Assembly: GCA_027491435.1 (NCBI GenBank)
Contig: JAOZFG010000017.1
Location: 44,466 to 108,465, forward strand
Source: Thermoproteota archaeon
GTDB lineage: Archaea; Korarchaeota; Korarchaeia; Korarchaeales; Korarchaeaceae
Direction of reading: 5' to 3'
Length of the DNA stretch: 64,000 nt
Position 1 is the stretch's first letter. The number at the start of each line of letters is the position of its first letter. A program made the translations under genes and the position numbers. Positions 46,984 through 57,328 of this stretch are shown here, piece after piece. Below the pieces are notes generated by a model. That model saw nothing but the letters and a program-made list of their open reading frames with translations. It had not been told where the DNA came from and did no database searches.

Positions 46984-47487
46984 TTGGTCTGTGGAGAAAG
47001 CTGTAGAAACGTCTTGGCCAGCCTAATGATCTCGATGACTAGGATGAACAACATGCACGAGAAGAGACTGCTTTCCCCGGGACACTTGCCTAGACAGGTA
47101 GAGGGGTTCGCCGTCTACGAGGTCGAGATGATAAGGAAGGATGAAGGTAAGAGGGTCAGCCAAGTTCCTTTCGATCAGTCCAGGGCCATGGCAGTGGTGC
47201 TCCCCATACTCCATGGTAAGGAGGATCCAATAGGCTATAAGTACCCCTTCTCCATCACCCTAAAGTATTACTACATGAAGGACGGACGGGCTGTCTACTT
47301 GAAGAGGGATGTCTACGAGCTCGTTTTGGTAGGCGTCGACAAGGGGGCTGAGGTAATCTTGTATCACAGGAGAGGCCTCCTCAGGGTGACCCCAGAGGAG
47401 CTTGTTGAAAAAATAGTGAATAGAGCTAGTCAAATATCCCAATCCCAACTCAAGTTTGACTACTTCGACTCCCTAATTCACTGTTGA
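46984..47487 (+). CDS. Hypothetical protein (start uncertain, possibly ATA at 46963)
   Basis: Open 167-codon frame with genome-typical codon use; no motif recognised. Confidence 0.7.
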   Translation: MVCGESCRNVLASLMISMTRMNNMHEKRLLSPGHLPRQVEGFAVYEVEMIRKDEGKRVSQVPFDQSRAMAVVLPILHGKEDPIGYKYPFSITLKYYYMKDGRAVYLKRDVYELVLVGVDKGAEVILYHRRGLLRVTPEELVEKIVNRASQISQSQLKFDYFDSLIHC

Positions 47488-47833
47488 TTCTGACAAGCCT
47501 TTCGAGGGCTTCTAGGATCTTGTTTATCCTGTCCAGTGACTCAACTTCGCCCTCTCTTAAGTCCATAACCTCCCCCTCAAGCGCCCTCACTAGGTCCTCC
47601 ATGACGCCTGCCAGCACGAGCTTTGTCCTCTCAATCCTGCCCTCCTCATCAGAGCTGACAAGTATTACCCTAGTGCCGCATACCGGACATATCACTTCCC
47701 CGCTCGGCTTCCTGAATAGGGGAGTTCCACATACAGGACACGTTTCCGATAGCATTTTCCATCCTTTAAGCAAAGCTTCGGCCAATTTCTTGCTCTTTTC
47801 ATCCCCTCCGGTGTCAGACACCCTCATAGCCAT
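47450..47833 (-). CDS. UPF0148 / autoantigen p27-like Zn-finger protein
   Basis: A..LLKGWKML.ETCPVCGTPLF....GEVICPVCG. Confidence 0.9.
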   Translation of the reverse strand: MAMRVSDTGGDEKSKKLAEALLKGWKMLSETCPVCGTPLFRKPSGEVICPVCGTRVILVSSDEEGRIERTKLVLAGVMEDLVRALEGEVMDLREGEVESLDRINKILEALERLVRINSELGSRSSQT

Positions 47834-47912
47834 TCTCTTAGAAATAGTGGGTAACAATTTTTAAGGGAGATGTGCCCGGTAAAACTGAACCTATTTGGGG
47901 GGTGTGAATACC

Positions 47913-48194
47913 ATGTCCAAGAAGGCACAGAAGATTAAGGAGTATGAGAACTATATTTCTGAAGCAATAAAAAGATTGGATAGGATTTCCCAAGATAGGG
48001 GCGTTCCGAGAAATATTAGGAGGGCCACTACAGAGGCCATAGAGGCTTTGACCGACGAGAGCTTTTCCTACGGGGTTAGGGCTAACAAAGCCATTTCAAT
48101 ACTCAATGAAATAGTAAATGATATAAACATGCCTTTCCCAACGAGATCTGAGATACTACTCATAATAGGGATCCTAGAAAGGATAAAGGACTAG
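47913..48194 (+). CDS. UPF0147 family protein
   Basis: L..I.QD.GVPRNIRRA..EA..., RA..AISIL.EI..D.NMP...R. Confidence 0.92.
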   Translation: MSKKAQKIKEYENYISEAIKRLDRISQDRGVPRNIRRATTEAIEALTDESFSYGVRANKAISILNEIVNDINMPFPTRSEILLIIGILERIKD

Positions 48195-48964
48195 AGGGTG
48201 GGCCGGGTCACCCGGCCCCTTAACATACTAACTTTCTGCGAGAGAACCTCTGCCTTTAGAGAGACGTTCTCCATTAAAACCTGAAGACACTCGCCCTTGC
48301 TCCCCCTAGTTAGGGACAACATAATGTCAGATAAAGCGGAAGCCGCCATCATAACCGCGTACCTCACATCCCCTGACCTGGGCACCTCGTCTAACACCCT
48401 GACCAAACCAGAAAGCGCGTTGGCTATGCTCTTTAGATCCTCGGCCGTCTCTTGTATGGACGGATCTCTAGACGCCTTAAGCAAATCAGAGGATATTGCC
48501 AATAACTCCTCTTTTAGGGGTCCTGCTTCTAGTATTGGCTTATCTTCGTCATAGTTTAGCTCAATAACCTCCGTTAGCATATTCAGCTTAATTAAGCAGG
48601 ACCTTATCGTTCCTATAGCCTTTCCCTTACCGTAGGTCATTGAATTTTCCTTCCTAGAAAGGAGCTGTTTTTTAGCCCATTCTACCTGTATCTCAAGTTC
48701 TTTTATCCTTTTTTCGGCTTTTATAATCATATTTTTTAATCTAGGTATGGCCTGAGGGCCATACTCTTCAAGGAATTTGTTGATCTGTTCTAGAGAGATG
48801 TCTGCCAAGTCCGCCAAGCCCTCTGGAACTCCTTTAGCTAGGTCATCGAAACATGTTATGCCGCTCCTCCTGAGCAGTTCTAGCAATTCTTTACCCTTAG
48901 ACTCTCCAAAATATGATATCACAGATGACCTAAGGTACTCTGAGGGGGCGCCCTTCCTGCTCAT
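48191..48964 (-). CDS. Hypothetical protein: N-terminal HhH-like motif plus coiled coil
   Basis: LRRSGITCFDDLAK..PE.LA....IS.EQ..KFLE resembles HhH_5; helical remainder; SD GAGGT. Confidence 0.65.
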   Translation of the reverse strand: MSRKGAPSEYLRSSVISYFGESKGKELLELLRRSGITCFDDLAKGVPEGLADLADISLEQINKFLEEYGPQAIPRLKNMIIKAEKRIKELEIQVEWAKKQLLSRKENSMTYGKGKAIGTIRSCLIKLNMLTEVIELNYDEDKPILEAGPLKEELLAISSDLLKASRDPSIQETAEDLKSIANALSGLVRVLDEVPRSGDVRYAVMMAASALSDIMLSLTRGSKGECLQVLMENVSLKAEVLSQKVSMLRGRVTRPTL

Positions 48965-48983
48965 CTTACCTCACAACCTAGAG

Positions 48984-49056
48984 TGCCGGGGGAGGGATTT
49001 GAACCCTCGACCTTCCGGTCTTCAGCCGGACGCTCTCCCACCTGAGCTACCCCGGC
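48984..49056 (-). tRNA. tRNA-Phe(GAA)
   Basis: GCCGGGG...TCCGG-CT GAA GA-CCGGA...CCCCGGCA. Confidence 0.97.
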
Positions 49057-49060
49057 AACG

Positions 49061-49136
49061 TGGTGGACCGGGGGGGATTCGAACCCCCGACCTCCCGCAT
49101 GCCAAGCGGGCGCGCTACCAACTGCGCCACCGGCCC
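49061..49136 (-). tRNA. tRNA-Ala(GGC)
   Basis: GGGCCGG...CCCGC-TT GGC AT-GCGGG...CCGGTCCACCA. Confidence 0.97.
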
Positions 49137-49312
49137 AACTTTTCTGTGGTCTAACCAGTATATTAAGATAACTCAAGCTTACTAACAAGTCACCCTCTAG
49201 GTCCCCCCAGTATATTTTATTAATTTAACTATTTTGTATCTTAAATGTCAGTAATTAAATGATATATCAGATTATTAATAAATAATTTAATAGAAATTGG
49301 AATTTGGTTACT

Positions 49313-49383
49313 AGGGGCTGTTGGGTGGATAGTCCTGAATACCTTGATTAGAATAGCCGAAAGGCCCTCCTATAGAAGCCCCT
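49313..49383 (+). ncRNA. Candidate ~70-nt structured RNA of unknown class
   Basis: GC island in AT-rich spacer, terminal stem AGGGGCT/AGCCCCT, GCC-GAAA-GGC hairpin, TTTAATA about 28 nt upstream. Confidence 0.4.
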
Positions 49384-49568
49384 GATGCTTGTAAAAATAT
49401 CTTTGTAAACACAGTTGTTAGGCCAAGTCTAATTGGAAGATCCGCTTTAAGGATATAAAGCGCCGTGACCTGTCGGCTGACAGGTTTAGTGAAATAAAGG
49501 CAAGAGATACATGTATTCCAATAATGAGGAGGACGTGTATAGGTAAGGGTCTCTCAGTCAACCATGAA

Positions 49569-49757
49569 CTACACCACTCTGAGGCCCTTCCACCTCACTT
49601 TGTTAGCCCAATTGTAACGTCTCATTCTCTTACTCCTTCCAAAGCCACAGGCGGCACAGTAACCCTTCCTAACGTTGTAAGAGTGTCTACCACATCTCCT
49701 ACATCTTATGTGAGTCTTACCCCTGCTCCTCCGACCCATTGAAGGGGTTCCCTTCAT
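49569..49757 (-). CDS. rpl37e: 50S ribosomal protein L37e
   Basis: KGTPSMGRR...[12 protein letters not shown].....CAACGFG.SKR.R.YNW. Confidence 0.97.
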   Translation of the reverse strand: MKGTPSMGRRSRGKTHIRCRRCGRHSYNVRKGYCAACGFGRSKRMRRYNWANKVRWKGLRVV

Positions 49758-50008
49758 ACCTCATCCTCCTCCTCTATTTTAGAAGTTGATATGGCAATTA
49801 CGTTGTCCCCCCTAATTAAAACCCTTTTCCCTATCTTAGAGGAAGTAGGGCCATCAGGGGTCGTCACTATCTCCTCGGCGTTATCCAGTATGAGGTTAAG
49901 GTGATTGTCATAGGACTTGAGGATTCCCCTGATCATAGAGCCGTTCTTAAGGGAGACCAATATGCTCGTGTTGATGCTCTTACTCAAGTACTTCATGGCG
50001 CTCGACAT
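49754..50008 (-). CDS. Sm-like archaeal protein (SmAP1/Lsm)
   Basis: V.LKNG..IRG.LKSYD.HLNLIL.NAEE, IRGDNV; conserved lsm-L37e operon. Confidence 0.95.
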   Translation of the reverse strand: MSSAMKYLSKSINTSILVSLKNGSMIRGILKSYDNHLNLILDNAEEIVTTPDGPTSSKIGKRVLIRGDNVIAISTSKIEEEDEV

Positions 50009-50214
50009 TGTTGACCCCTTACACCTACTCATTCTCCCTACCCTCCACCCTTTAAATATGTTTCTTCCTGGACTTGAGACCACCTGCACATGGCCCTTTA
50101 GGTTGGAGAACGACGTGGAACGTAGGACACTTAATACTAGGACGTTACGGGTCCAAAGAAGTCTTTAAATAGGAATTATGTGGAGTTAACCGGGATTAAA
50201 GAGGAGGGTCTGAA

Positions 50215-50613
50215 TTGAGGTTCTTAAAGAAGATATTCGGTAGAGCTGAGGAAGATGAGTACGAGGAATACCCAGAGGATGAGTTCGTCGAAGAGAGTTT
50301 CGAGGAAGAGTACCCAGAGGAACCGGTGAGGATGAGGTTCCCTTCAGAGAAGGCCATAACCGTTAAGCCTATGAACCTCAGAACCGCTGAAGATGTGGAG
50401 CAGGTCCTAAACGAGATAAGTGAGGGAAACATAATACTGCTTAGGTACGACGACCTGATATCTGAAGGTGAGGAAAGGCTGAAGTACATACTTCAAAGGC
50501 TTAAAGAAAGGGTAGCTGAAATGGGCGGAGATCTGGTAATGATAAGGGAGCAGGGCGCTCCTCCCCTGCTCATAGTGCCTAGGTTTGTTGAGATATGGAG
50601 GAAGCCCAGGTAA
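50215..50613 (+). CDS. sepF: Cell division protein SepF (archaeal type)
   Basis: N-terminal amphipathic FLKKIFG, acidic linker, DV..V..EI.EGNIILL, L......GGD...I....LLIVP..V.I. Confidence 0.85.
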   Translation: MRFLKKIFGRAEEDEYEEYPEDEFVEESFEEEYPEEPVRMRFPSEKAITVKPMNLRTAEDVEQVLNEISEGNIILLRYDDLISEGEERLKYILQRLKERVAEMGGDLVMIREQGAPPLLIVPRFVEIWRKPR

Positions 50614-52509
50614 TCAGGCCAGCCTGAAGGTCTCGCCCACGTGGGGCGCCGATATTCTCATCCCGCTTGGAGTTGACTTGTGGGCTAGAGGTATAAAAGA
50701 CCTTATTTTACTTTCTTCTCCGTGAATCAGGAAGACCCTGTGGGGCCTAGGTTCTATTGACCCTAGATAAGCCAGAAGCTGAACCTTATCCGCGTGAGCT
50801 GAGAAGCCCTCAACCTTGTACACCTTGGCGTTTATCTTCACCTTCACCGGCTCAATCTCCCCTGGAAGTATGACCTCCTTGGCGCCGTCCCTTACTTTCC
50901 TACCCAAGGTCCCCTCAGCCTGATAGCTAACCAGCACTATGGCGTTTTCCTCGTGAGGGGCTAGTAGCTTAAAGTATTCCACGCTAGGTCCGCCGGTGAG
51001 CATGCCTGATGGTGCTATTATGACTGCTGGCCCTCCCCTTGTGGCATCTGGCCTCTCCTCAGGGCTACTTATGAAGTTGAAGTGCGGGTCGGTGAACGGG
51101 TCCTTGTCTTCCTTGAACACCTTCTCACGTATATAGGGGGACAGGTAGTCTGGATACGCCGAGTGTATGGCTGTAGAGTCATAGACCATCCCGTCTAGGT
51201 AAACAGGTATATCTGGGAGTTTACCCCTTCTAAATCCGTCAACTAGGGACACCATTATCTCTTGAGCCCTTCCAACGGCTAAAGCTGGTATGAGGACCTT
51301 ACCCCCCTTCTCAGCGGTCTCCCGGATTATCTGGAATAGCATCTCCTCAGCTTTATCGATGGGCGGGAGTATGTCCGTCTCCCCGCTATAGGTGCTCTCC
51401 ATTATGAGGCTTTCCACCCGGGGGAACTTGTGGGAGGCCTTGTTAAGCAGTTTAGTGTCTCTAAATCTGAAGTCTCCTGTGTAGAGTATGTTGTATCTGG
51501 CGCTCTCCACGTTCAGGTGAACTAGGCTAGAGCCCAGGATGTGTCCGGCGTTGTAGAAGGTGAGCTTTATGTCAGGGGTTATGTCTACGGTCTCCCCGTA
51601 ATCGAGGATAACGGTGTAGTTCAGCATCGTTATGACGTCGCTCCATGAGAAGAACGGAGTTATCCCCACCCTCTCTGAAAGCTGCAGGTAGTCGTAGAGG
51701 AGCAAGGCTACCAAGTCCCTGGTGGGTTTTGTCATGTACACTGGTCCCTTGTAACCGTACTTGTAGAGTAGAGGAAGCGCCCCAGAGTGGTCTAGGTGAG
51801 CGTGCGTCACTATGACGGCGTCTAGTTCGTCCAACCTGAATATAGGAAGGTCAAACCTGGGGAAGGGATTCCTACCACCGACGCTTATCCCAGCGTCTAA
51901 CAGCACTGTGCTCTCGCTGGAGTTGACCAGAATGGCGCTCCTTCCCACCTCCCTAGCGGCCCCTAGGAAGGTTATGTAGAGGCCCCTATCCTCCCCTATT
52001 CTAGGCCTATAAATCCTCTGAGCCATTTTCTTCATGAGCCTCTTCCTAACAGGTGAGTTCTCTATTATGACATTGTAGAAAGTATCTAGAAATGAGGACT
52101 TTATTGTGGGGGCTCTTATCACCACCGGCCTCCAGCCGGTCTCCTTGAGTATCTCCATTATGTTGGAGCCGCCCTTACCTACAACGTAACCGGTCCTCTT
52201 AGCTATTATGTAGACCTCGTTGGTCTCCTTAACGAATTTTACGTCCACTATTTCCGCCTTAGGAGGTATCAGAGACTTTATGAACTCTCTCGTATCCTTC
52301 TCCTCCTTTAAGGGTTGAGTGGCCAACACCACTATCTTCTTCTTCAGGGTTTTAGCGGCCGTGGTTATTACGTCAGGCGAGTCCAGTATGTCCCTAGGTC
52401 TCTTTGTGTAAACCACTACGAAGGGCCCCTCCAGCTCTACCTTATCTATCTCAGCGTATTTTGAGAGTATACTTCTGACCTTCCTCTTCAGCTGATCTGG
52501 GGCGTACAA
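50614..52509 (-). CDS. fttA: KH plus beta-CASP ribonuclease aCPSF1 (FttA)
   Basis: KH domains, LG..REVGRS, THAHLDH.G, NAGHILGS, MESTY, GFSAHAD, HGE. Confidence 0.96.
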   Translation of the reverse strand: MYAPDQLKRKVRSILSKYAEIDKVELEGPFVVVYTKRPRDILDSPDVITTAAKTLKKKIVVLATQPLKEEKDTREFIKSLIPPKAEIVDVKFVKETNEVYIIAKRTGYVVGKGGSNIMEILKETGWRPVVIRAPTIKSSFLDTFYNVIIENSPVRKRLMKKMAQRIYRPRIGEDRGLYITFLGAAREVGRSAILVNSSESTVLLDAGISVGGRNPFPRFDLPIFRLDELDAVIVTHAHLDHSGALPLLYKYGYKGPVYMTKPTRDLVALLLYDYLQLSERVGITPFFSWSDVITMLNYTVILDYGETVDITPDIKLTFYNAGHILGSSLVHLNVESARYNILYTGDFRFRDTKLLNKASHKFPRVESLIMESTYSGETDILPPIDKAEEMLFQIIRETAEKGGKVLIPALAVGRAQEIMVSLVDGFRRGKLPDIPVYLDGMVYDSTAIHSAYPDYLSPYIREKVFKEDKDPFTDPHFNFISSPEERPDATRGGPAVIIAPSGMLTGGPSVEYFKLLAPHEENAIVLVSYQAEGTLGRKVRDGAKEVILPGEIEPVKVKINAKVYKVEGFSAHADKVQLLAYLGSIEPRPHRVFLIHGEESKIRSFIPLAHKSTPSGMRISAPHVGETFRLA

Positions 52510-52513
52510 AAGC

Positions 52514-53188
52514 TCACCATCTCCTTCCTATCTTATCTATTAGAGCCTGCACTTCATCATTAGAGGAGAAGTGGACCCCCTCCTTGGAGACCACAGTTAA
52601 GTCTATGCCGTCTCCCGTAGCTGAGTCCCTAGATAAGGCCGCGACCATCCCAGAAATCACCAATAGTTTTCCCTCCTCAAGGGACAAGTCTTGCCTGTAC
52701 CCCTCTTCTATAACAGAGATCGCTACCGGAGAGCCGGAACCTGTGGCTAGGTAATCCTCTTCGGTTATAGTCCCGTAGAAGTCGACGTTGAACAAGTGTG
52801 GCCCCTCTAAATCTATGCCTCCCACTATCATATGGGCTAGCAAGAAGTAGGGCCTATAGCTTCTGAGCAGGAGGGTCAGATACTTAGCTATTCCTCTAAT
52901 GGGCATCTTCCTCTCGTTCTCCATACTGTAGAGCTCAGAAATAGCTCTAACATTTTGTACCAAAAACTGACCGTCTGCAACAAGTCCGGAGATCGTTGCC
53001 ACGGCATAGTCCGTCACCTTAATCGTTTTAACAGCTCTTTTACTAGCCACGAACGTGTTAGCAGTAGCCCTCTTGTCTGAGGCTATTATCACTCCTTCTT
53101 TAACCTTAATACCCACTGTCGTCGTACCCTTGAGTACTTTGACCAAGTCCTCCTCAGAGGGGTTTACGCCCTTCCATTTGATTTGCAT
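52514..53188 (-). CDS. psmB: Proteasome beta subunit
   Basis: Propeptide ending KG/TTTVG, ASDKRAT, SGLVAD, ATGSGS, RDSATG. Confidence 0.97.
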   Translation of the reverse strand: MQIKWKGVNPSEEDLVKVLKGTTTVGIKVKEGVIIASDKRATANTFVASKRAVKTIKVTDYAVATISGLVADGQFLVQNVRAISELYSMENERKMPIRGIAKYLTLLLRSYRPYFLLAHMIVGGIDLEGPHLFNVDFYGTITEEDYLATGSGSPVAISVIEEGYRQDLSLEEGKLLVISGMVAALSRDSATGDGIDLTVVSKEGVHFSSNDEVQALIDKIGRRW

Positions 53189-53271
53189 GATATCCCCCTA
53201 AACAGTACCAGGTTAAATGTGAGATAACGAAAATAAAAGAGTTCCCATAGGTAACCTAAGAGAGCGGGTGG

Positions 53272-53727
53272 GTGTTAGAAACGAGGAAGACGTTAGTTCC
53301 CACAGCAATAGCGATTAAGGGGGAGGCTTTCCTCTTCAGAGGTCCTGTGGATGCGTGTCATAGGTGTAATTGGCGTGCTGCGTGCGTTGAAGGGTTAGAG
53401 CCGGGTAGGGTTTATAGAGTGGTGGAAGTAGAGCCCAGGAAGAAGTTTAGCTGTAAGCTGGGCGTAGAGATGACCTTGGTAACCATAGAGAGGGCCCGCC
53501 TTGTGGTCGCTCTACCGTCTAAGAAGGCGATTATAGGGGCCACAGTGTATTATCAGAGGCCGAAGAAGTGCGACAGGGTTTTGTGTCCATATTACGATAA
53601 GTGTAACCCAGATGGCATATATGAGGGAGATAGGATAAGGATACTGAGGGAAGTTGGTAAAATTGAAGAAAGTGCTGAGGATTGTGATGTAAAGGATGTG
53701 AAGCTATACGAGGTTGAGGTTAAGTAG
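53272..53727 (+). CDS. UPF0179 family Cys-rich protein
   Basis: TLV....A..G..F.F.G....C..C.....C...LEPGR.Y.V; second Cys cluster. Confidence 0.85.
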   Translation: MLETRKTLVPTAIAIKGEAFLFRGPVDACHRCNWRAACVEGLEPGRVYRVVEVEPRKKFSCKLGVEMTLVTIERARLVVALPSKKAIIGATVYYQRPKKCDRVLCPYYDKCNPDGIYEGDRIRILREVGKIEESAEDCDVKDVKLYEVEVK

Positions 53728-54475
53728 ATTCTGTGACCTCGGGCTCTCCTTCCTGCTCCTTGTCCTCCGCCTGTTCCTCGCCCCTCTTAGGTATGTCGTA
53801 TTCCTCTAAGAACACTACCTTATTTACAGAGGGAACGTGCCTCATTATAAGGGACAGGGACTTTATCTTCCTCGAGTAAGCGTCCCTCAAGACGTAGGCC
53901 TTTGGAGGGAGCCATACCTTTACGATGCCCTGGTCGTCTGGTCCCTCCACCCTGATGTCCTCCATTGGAACGTCGAAGGAGTCGGCGACTATTGCTCTGA
54001 CCTTCTCAAGGTCCTCCTTTATCCTCTTAACTAGTCTGCCCTTCACGAGTATGGTCTTGCCAGCATAAGGGTGGTTGAAATCCACAGTAACTCTCCCAGA
54101 GGAGACGGACTCTATGACCCCAACTCTATCCCTTATAGTTATGTAGGCCCCCTTCCTAACGCTTGCCGGATCTACGTTCTCCTTCTCAAGCCTCTTTATT
54201 GAGTATACCTTAACCTTAGACGGATCCCTCTCTCCAAAGGCGTCCTTAGGCTCTAAAATTACCTCAAACTCTTCCCCCTCTTGTAACCCCTCAATCTTCT
54301 CCAAGACTTTAGGGAAAAGGTTCGACTCACCCGGTATCACCAGATAGGGTAGGTAAACTCTGTTCTTTTCGTGCACCCCTTTTTCTTTGGCGACTTCCTC
54401 GTCAGTAGTTTCCAAGACCTCCCCGGTTCCCTTGTCAAAGAGGGTTAGGTGAACTAACAGAAACTCCTTCATCAA
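53720..54475 (-). CDS. FKBP-type peptidyl-prolyl isomerase (long SlyD type)
   Basis: TT.EEVAK, P.DAFGERDP, GRVTVDFNHP.AGKT. Confidence 0.94.
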   Translation of the reverse strand: MMKEFLLVHLTLFDKGTGEVLETTDEEVAKEKGVHEKNRVYLPYLVIPGESNLFPKVLEKIEGLQEGEEFEVILEPKDAFGERDPSKVKVYSIKRLEKENVDPASVRKGAYITIRDRVGVIESVSSGRVTVDFNHPYAGKTILVKGRLVKRIKEDLEKVRAIVADSFDVPMEDIRVEGPDDQGIVKVWLPPKAYVLRDAYSRKIKSLSLIMRHVPSVNKVVFLEEYDIPKRGEEQAEDKEQEGEPEVTEST

Positions 54476-54484
54476 AACACCTCC

Positions 54485-55936
54485 TCAACCCTTCACCACT
54501 CCGACTGGAACCAGTCTAGCGACCAATTTAGCTATTCCGGCCTTGTGAGTGGCCGTAACCACCTCATCAACGTCCTTATAGGCGCCAGGGGCCTCTTCAG
54601 CGGCTACAGCGTAAGAGGCCGGTTTCACTATTATCCCCCTTTGGGCCAGCATTTCAACTATCTGCCTGCCCCTATATATCCTCTTCGCACGGGCCCTGCT
54701 CATCACCCTCCCAGCCCCGTGGGCGGTGGTCCCGAAGGACTCCTCCATGGCCTTATGGGTGCCTACCATAATGTAGGAAGCAGTTCCTTGTGAGCCCGGT
54801 ATCAGTACAGGCTGTCCTATGTCACGATAATCCTCAGGTATTGCCGGATGACCAGGCGGGAATGACCTCGTTGCCCCCTTCCTGTGCACGTACACCTTAA
54901 CGGTCTTTCCGTCCACCACGTGTTCCTCCAACTTAGCTATGTTGTGGGCCACGTCATAAACAAGTTTCATTCCCATGTCCTCAGCGCTCCTGCCGAACAC
55001 TTGTTCAAAAGACTCCCTTACCCAATGAGTTATAACCTGTCTGTTGGCCCAAGCGTAGTTGGCGGCCCCCTTCATAGCCTTGAAGTACCTTTGAGCCACT
55101 TCAGAATTCGTATAGGCGCATATAAGTTGCTTGTCAGGGAGTCTGAAGTCTAAGGAGCTTATCCTAGACATCATGTACCTCAAGTAATCGTCAGCCACCT
55201 GATGCCCAAACCCCCTGCTTCCTGTGTGAACCATTACCGTTATTTGCCCCTCTGAGAATATACCCATTTTTTTGGCAGCCTCTGGATCATATATTTTATC
55301 AACTTTCTGAACCTCTAAGAAGTGATTTCCGCTGCCCAGAGTGCCCAACTGAGGAGCCCCCCTCTGCTTGGCCCTCTGGCTTATAACGCTGGGATCTGCC
55401 CCTTCCATCATCCCTCCTTCCTCAGCGTGTCTCAGGTCCGACTCCCATCCATAACCCCTTTCAACGGCCCATCTAGCGCCTCCTACTATTACTTCGTCCA
55501 TCTGAGCTGGAGTGAGCCTAAGCCTTCCCCTGCTACCCAAGCCAGACGGTACATTCCTGAACAGAGTGTCTACTAACTGTTTTATCTTAGGCCTGACGTC
55601 CTTCTCTGTAAGGTCGGTCCTTATCAGCCTGACCCCGCAGTTTATGTCGAAACCTACGCCTCCTGGGCTTATAACTCCGTTGTAAGCGTCGAAGGCAGCG
55701 ACTCCCCCTATGGGAAAGCCGTATCCCTCGTGTATGTCGGGCATAGCTATGGAGTACTTGTAAATTCCGGGTAACATGGCCACGTTGGCCAGTTGTTCTA
55801 TGGCTCCCCGCTCAATGTTCTTAACTAGCTTCTCCGTGGCGAAAACTAGGCCCGGCACCCTCATACCTGGCTTGTAGTTTTGTGGGAGCAGCCACCTGAC
55901 ATTGTCTATTTTTTTAAGTATGCCCTCGACTCCCAT
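54485..55936 (-). CDS. rtcB: tRNA-splicing ligase RtcB (true start ATG 55936)
   Basis: [65 protein letters not shown]. Confidence 0.97.
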   Translation of the reverse strand: MGVEGILKKIDNVRWLLPQNYKPGMRVPGLVFATEKLVKNIERGAIEQLANVAMLPGIYKYSIAMPDIHEGYGFPIGGVAAFDAYNGVISPGGVGFDINCGVRLIRTDLTEKDVRPKIKQLVDTLFRNVPSGLGSRGRLRLTPAQMDEVIVGGARWAVERGYGWESDLRHAEEGGMMEGADPSVISQRAKQRGAPQLGTLGSGNHFLEVQKVDKIYDPEAAKKMGIFSEGQITVMVHTGSRGFGHQVADDYLRYMMSRISSLDFRLPDKQLICAYTNSEVAQRYFKAMKGAANYAWANRQVITHWVRESFEQVFGRSAEDMGMKLVYDVAHNIAKLEEHVVDGKTVKVYVHRKGATRSFPPGHPAIPEDYRDIGQPVLIPGSQGTASYIMVGTHKAMEESFGTTAHGAGRVMSRARAKRIYRGRQIVEMLAQRGIIVKPASYAVAAEEAPGAYKDVDEVVTATHKAGIAKLVARLVPVGVVKG

Positions 55937-56006
55937 GAGAACACCCCTGTATAGGAAGGGGAATCGATATTTAAAAGGAAGATAAGGTGGTTTATCGAGA
56001 GCAGCT

Positions 56007-56762
56007 GTGAGGTTAAAGAGGAGGTTAAGCCAGCACATCATGATTTCCAAGAAGTGGATAAGGGTGATGGCTGATCTACTCGAGATAACTCCTGAAGAAG
56101 AGGTAGTTGAGATAGGAGCTGGTACCGGAAATCTAAGCTTGGAAATAGCTTCTAGAAGGCCTAAAAGGCTTGTGCTCATTGAAGTAGACCCTGAGGCTGT
56201 TGCAATCCTGAGGGAGAGATCCTTTCCTGACATCGAGGTTAGAATACTCAACGAAGACGTTAGAAGGCTTTTTCCCATCAAAACTGATAAAGTAGTCTCT
56301 AATACGCCATACGGGATTTCTTCGGAAATGTTCATTGGTTTGGTGAGCAGTGAGTTCAAGCGGTGCGTAATAACCTTTCAAAAGGAGTTCGCTGACAGGC
56401 TACTAGCCAAGCCAGGAACCCCCAGCTATGGGAGCCTCTCGGTAATAGCTCAGGTGAGGTTCTCCATCAGGAGGATAGCGATCATAGGCAAGACGAACTT
56501 CTTCCCCCCTCCCAGGGTGGACTCAACTCTGCTAATTTTAGAGCCCAAAAAAGTCGATTTTGAGGTGTTAGAATCTTTGTTAAGGTATGGGAAGGCTATA
56601 TTCTTCAGAAGAAAAAAGAAGCTGAGGAATTCTCTTAGGGGCGTTCCAAAGGACCTGTTGAGCGAGGTCCCTCACGGCGATGAGAGACCATACAACCTAA
56701 CCCCTGAAGAGGTAGTGGAGGTGGCCCTTTGGTTGAAAGAGAGGTTAGGGGCATCAGGCTGA
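56007..56762 (+). CDS. rsmA: 16S rRNA m6,2A dimethyltransferase KsgA/Dim1
   Basis: L.QH, EIGAGTG.L, VSN.PY.ISS, QKEFA.RL.A.PG...YG.LSV, F.PPP.VDS. Confidence 0.95.
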   Translation: MRLKRRLSQHIMISKKWIRVMADLLEITPEEEVVEIGAGTGNLSLEIASRRPKRLVLIEVDPEAVAILRERSFPDIEVRILNEDVRRLFPIKTDKVVSNTPYGISSEMFIGLVSSEFKRCVITFQKEFADRLLAKPGTPSYGSLSVIAQVRFSIRRIAIIGKTNFFPPPRVDSTLLILEPKKVDFEVLESLLRYGKAIFFRRKKKLRNSLRGVPKDLLSEVPHGDERPYNLTPEEVVEVALWLKERLGASG

Positions 56763-57328
56763 AGGTACGAGATGACGTGTACGATCCGGCAGAAGATACT
56801 CTTCTCCTTCTGGACGCCCTGGAGGATCAGGAATTAAGGGGTAAGAGGTGCTTAGACGTCGGAACAGGTAGTGGGGTGATAGCTATACGCCTGGCCAAGG
56901 AGTGCGAGTTCACGGTGGCCGTGGACCTGTTAGAGGCCCCTGCCCTCCTGGCCAAGGAGAACTCTAAGATTAACGGAGTGTACCTAGAAGTAGTTCAGGG
57001 CGACGTTTTAACTGCTTTTAGAGAGGGTTCCTTCGACGTGGTGACGTTCAACCCCCCTTACCTTCCCGAGGACCCTGACCCCAGTTCGGGGATAACTTAC
57101 TCGTGGGCAGGGGGGTTCATGGGTCGGGAACCTCTGGATAGGTTTTTAGCAGACCTTCCCAGGGTGCTCAAGGTGGGCGGATTAGGGCTCTTCTTGTTCT
57201 CCGATCTGAACGATTCAGAATGGGTTTTGAGGACTTGTAACAAGAAAATGGTGTGTGAGGTCGTTAGGAGGAGGAAGCTCTCATTCCATGAGATATACGT
57301 AGCTAGGGCTCAGAACCTACCTAGGTAA
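56729..57328 (+). CDS. HemK2/PrmC-like release factor Gln methyltransferase
   Basis: VYDPAEDT.LL, LDVGTGSG, FNPPYLP, WAGG..GRE. Confidence 0.9.
   Translation: MVEREVRGIRLKVRDDVYDPAEDTLLLLDALEDQELRGKRCLDVGTGSGVIAIRLAKECEFTVAVDLLEAPALLAKENSKINGVYLEVVQGDVLTAFREGSFDVVTFNPPYLPEDPDPSSGITYSWAGGFMGREPLDRFLADLPRVLKVGGLGLFLFSDLNDSEWVLRTCNKKMVCEVVRRRKLSFHEIYVARAQNLPR

Noticed and set aside
49330-49390. Hammerhead or SECIS reading of CTGA/GAAA elements
   Set aside because: No CUGANGA core, SECIS geometry does not fit, and no in-frame TGA selenoprotein was seen.
55937-56359. 141-codon N-terminal extension of the RtcB ORF
   Set aside because: It is antisense to rsmA; the genuine RtcB start is ATG 55936 with SD GGGGTG. 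No intein or fusion.
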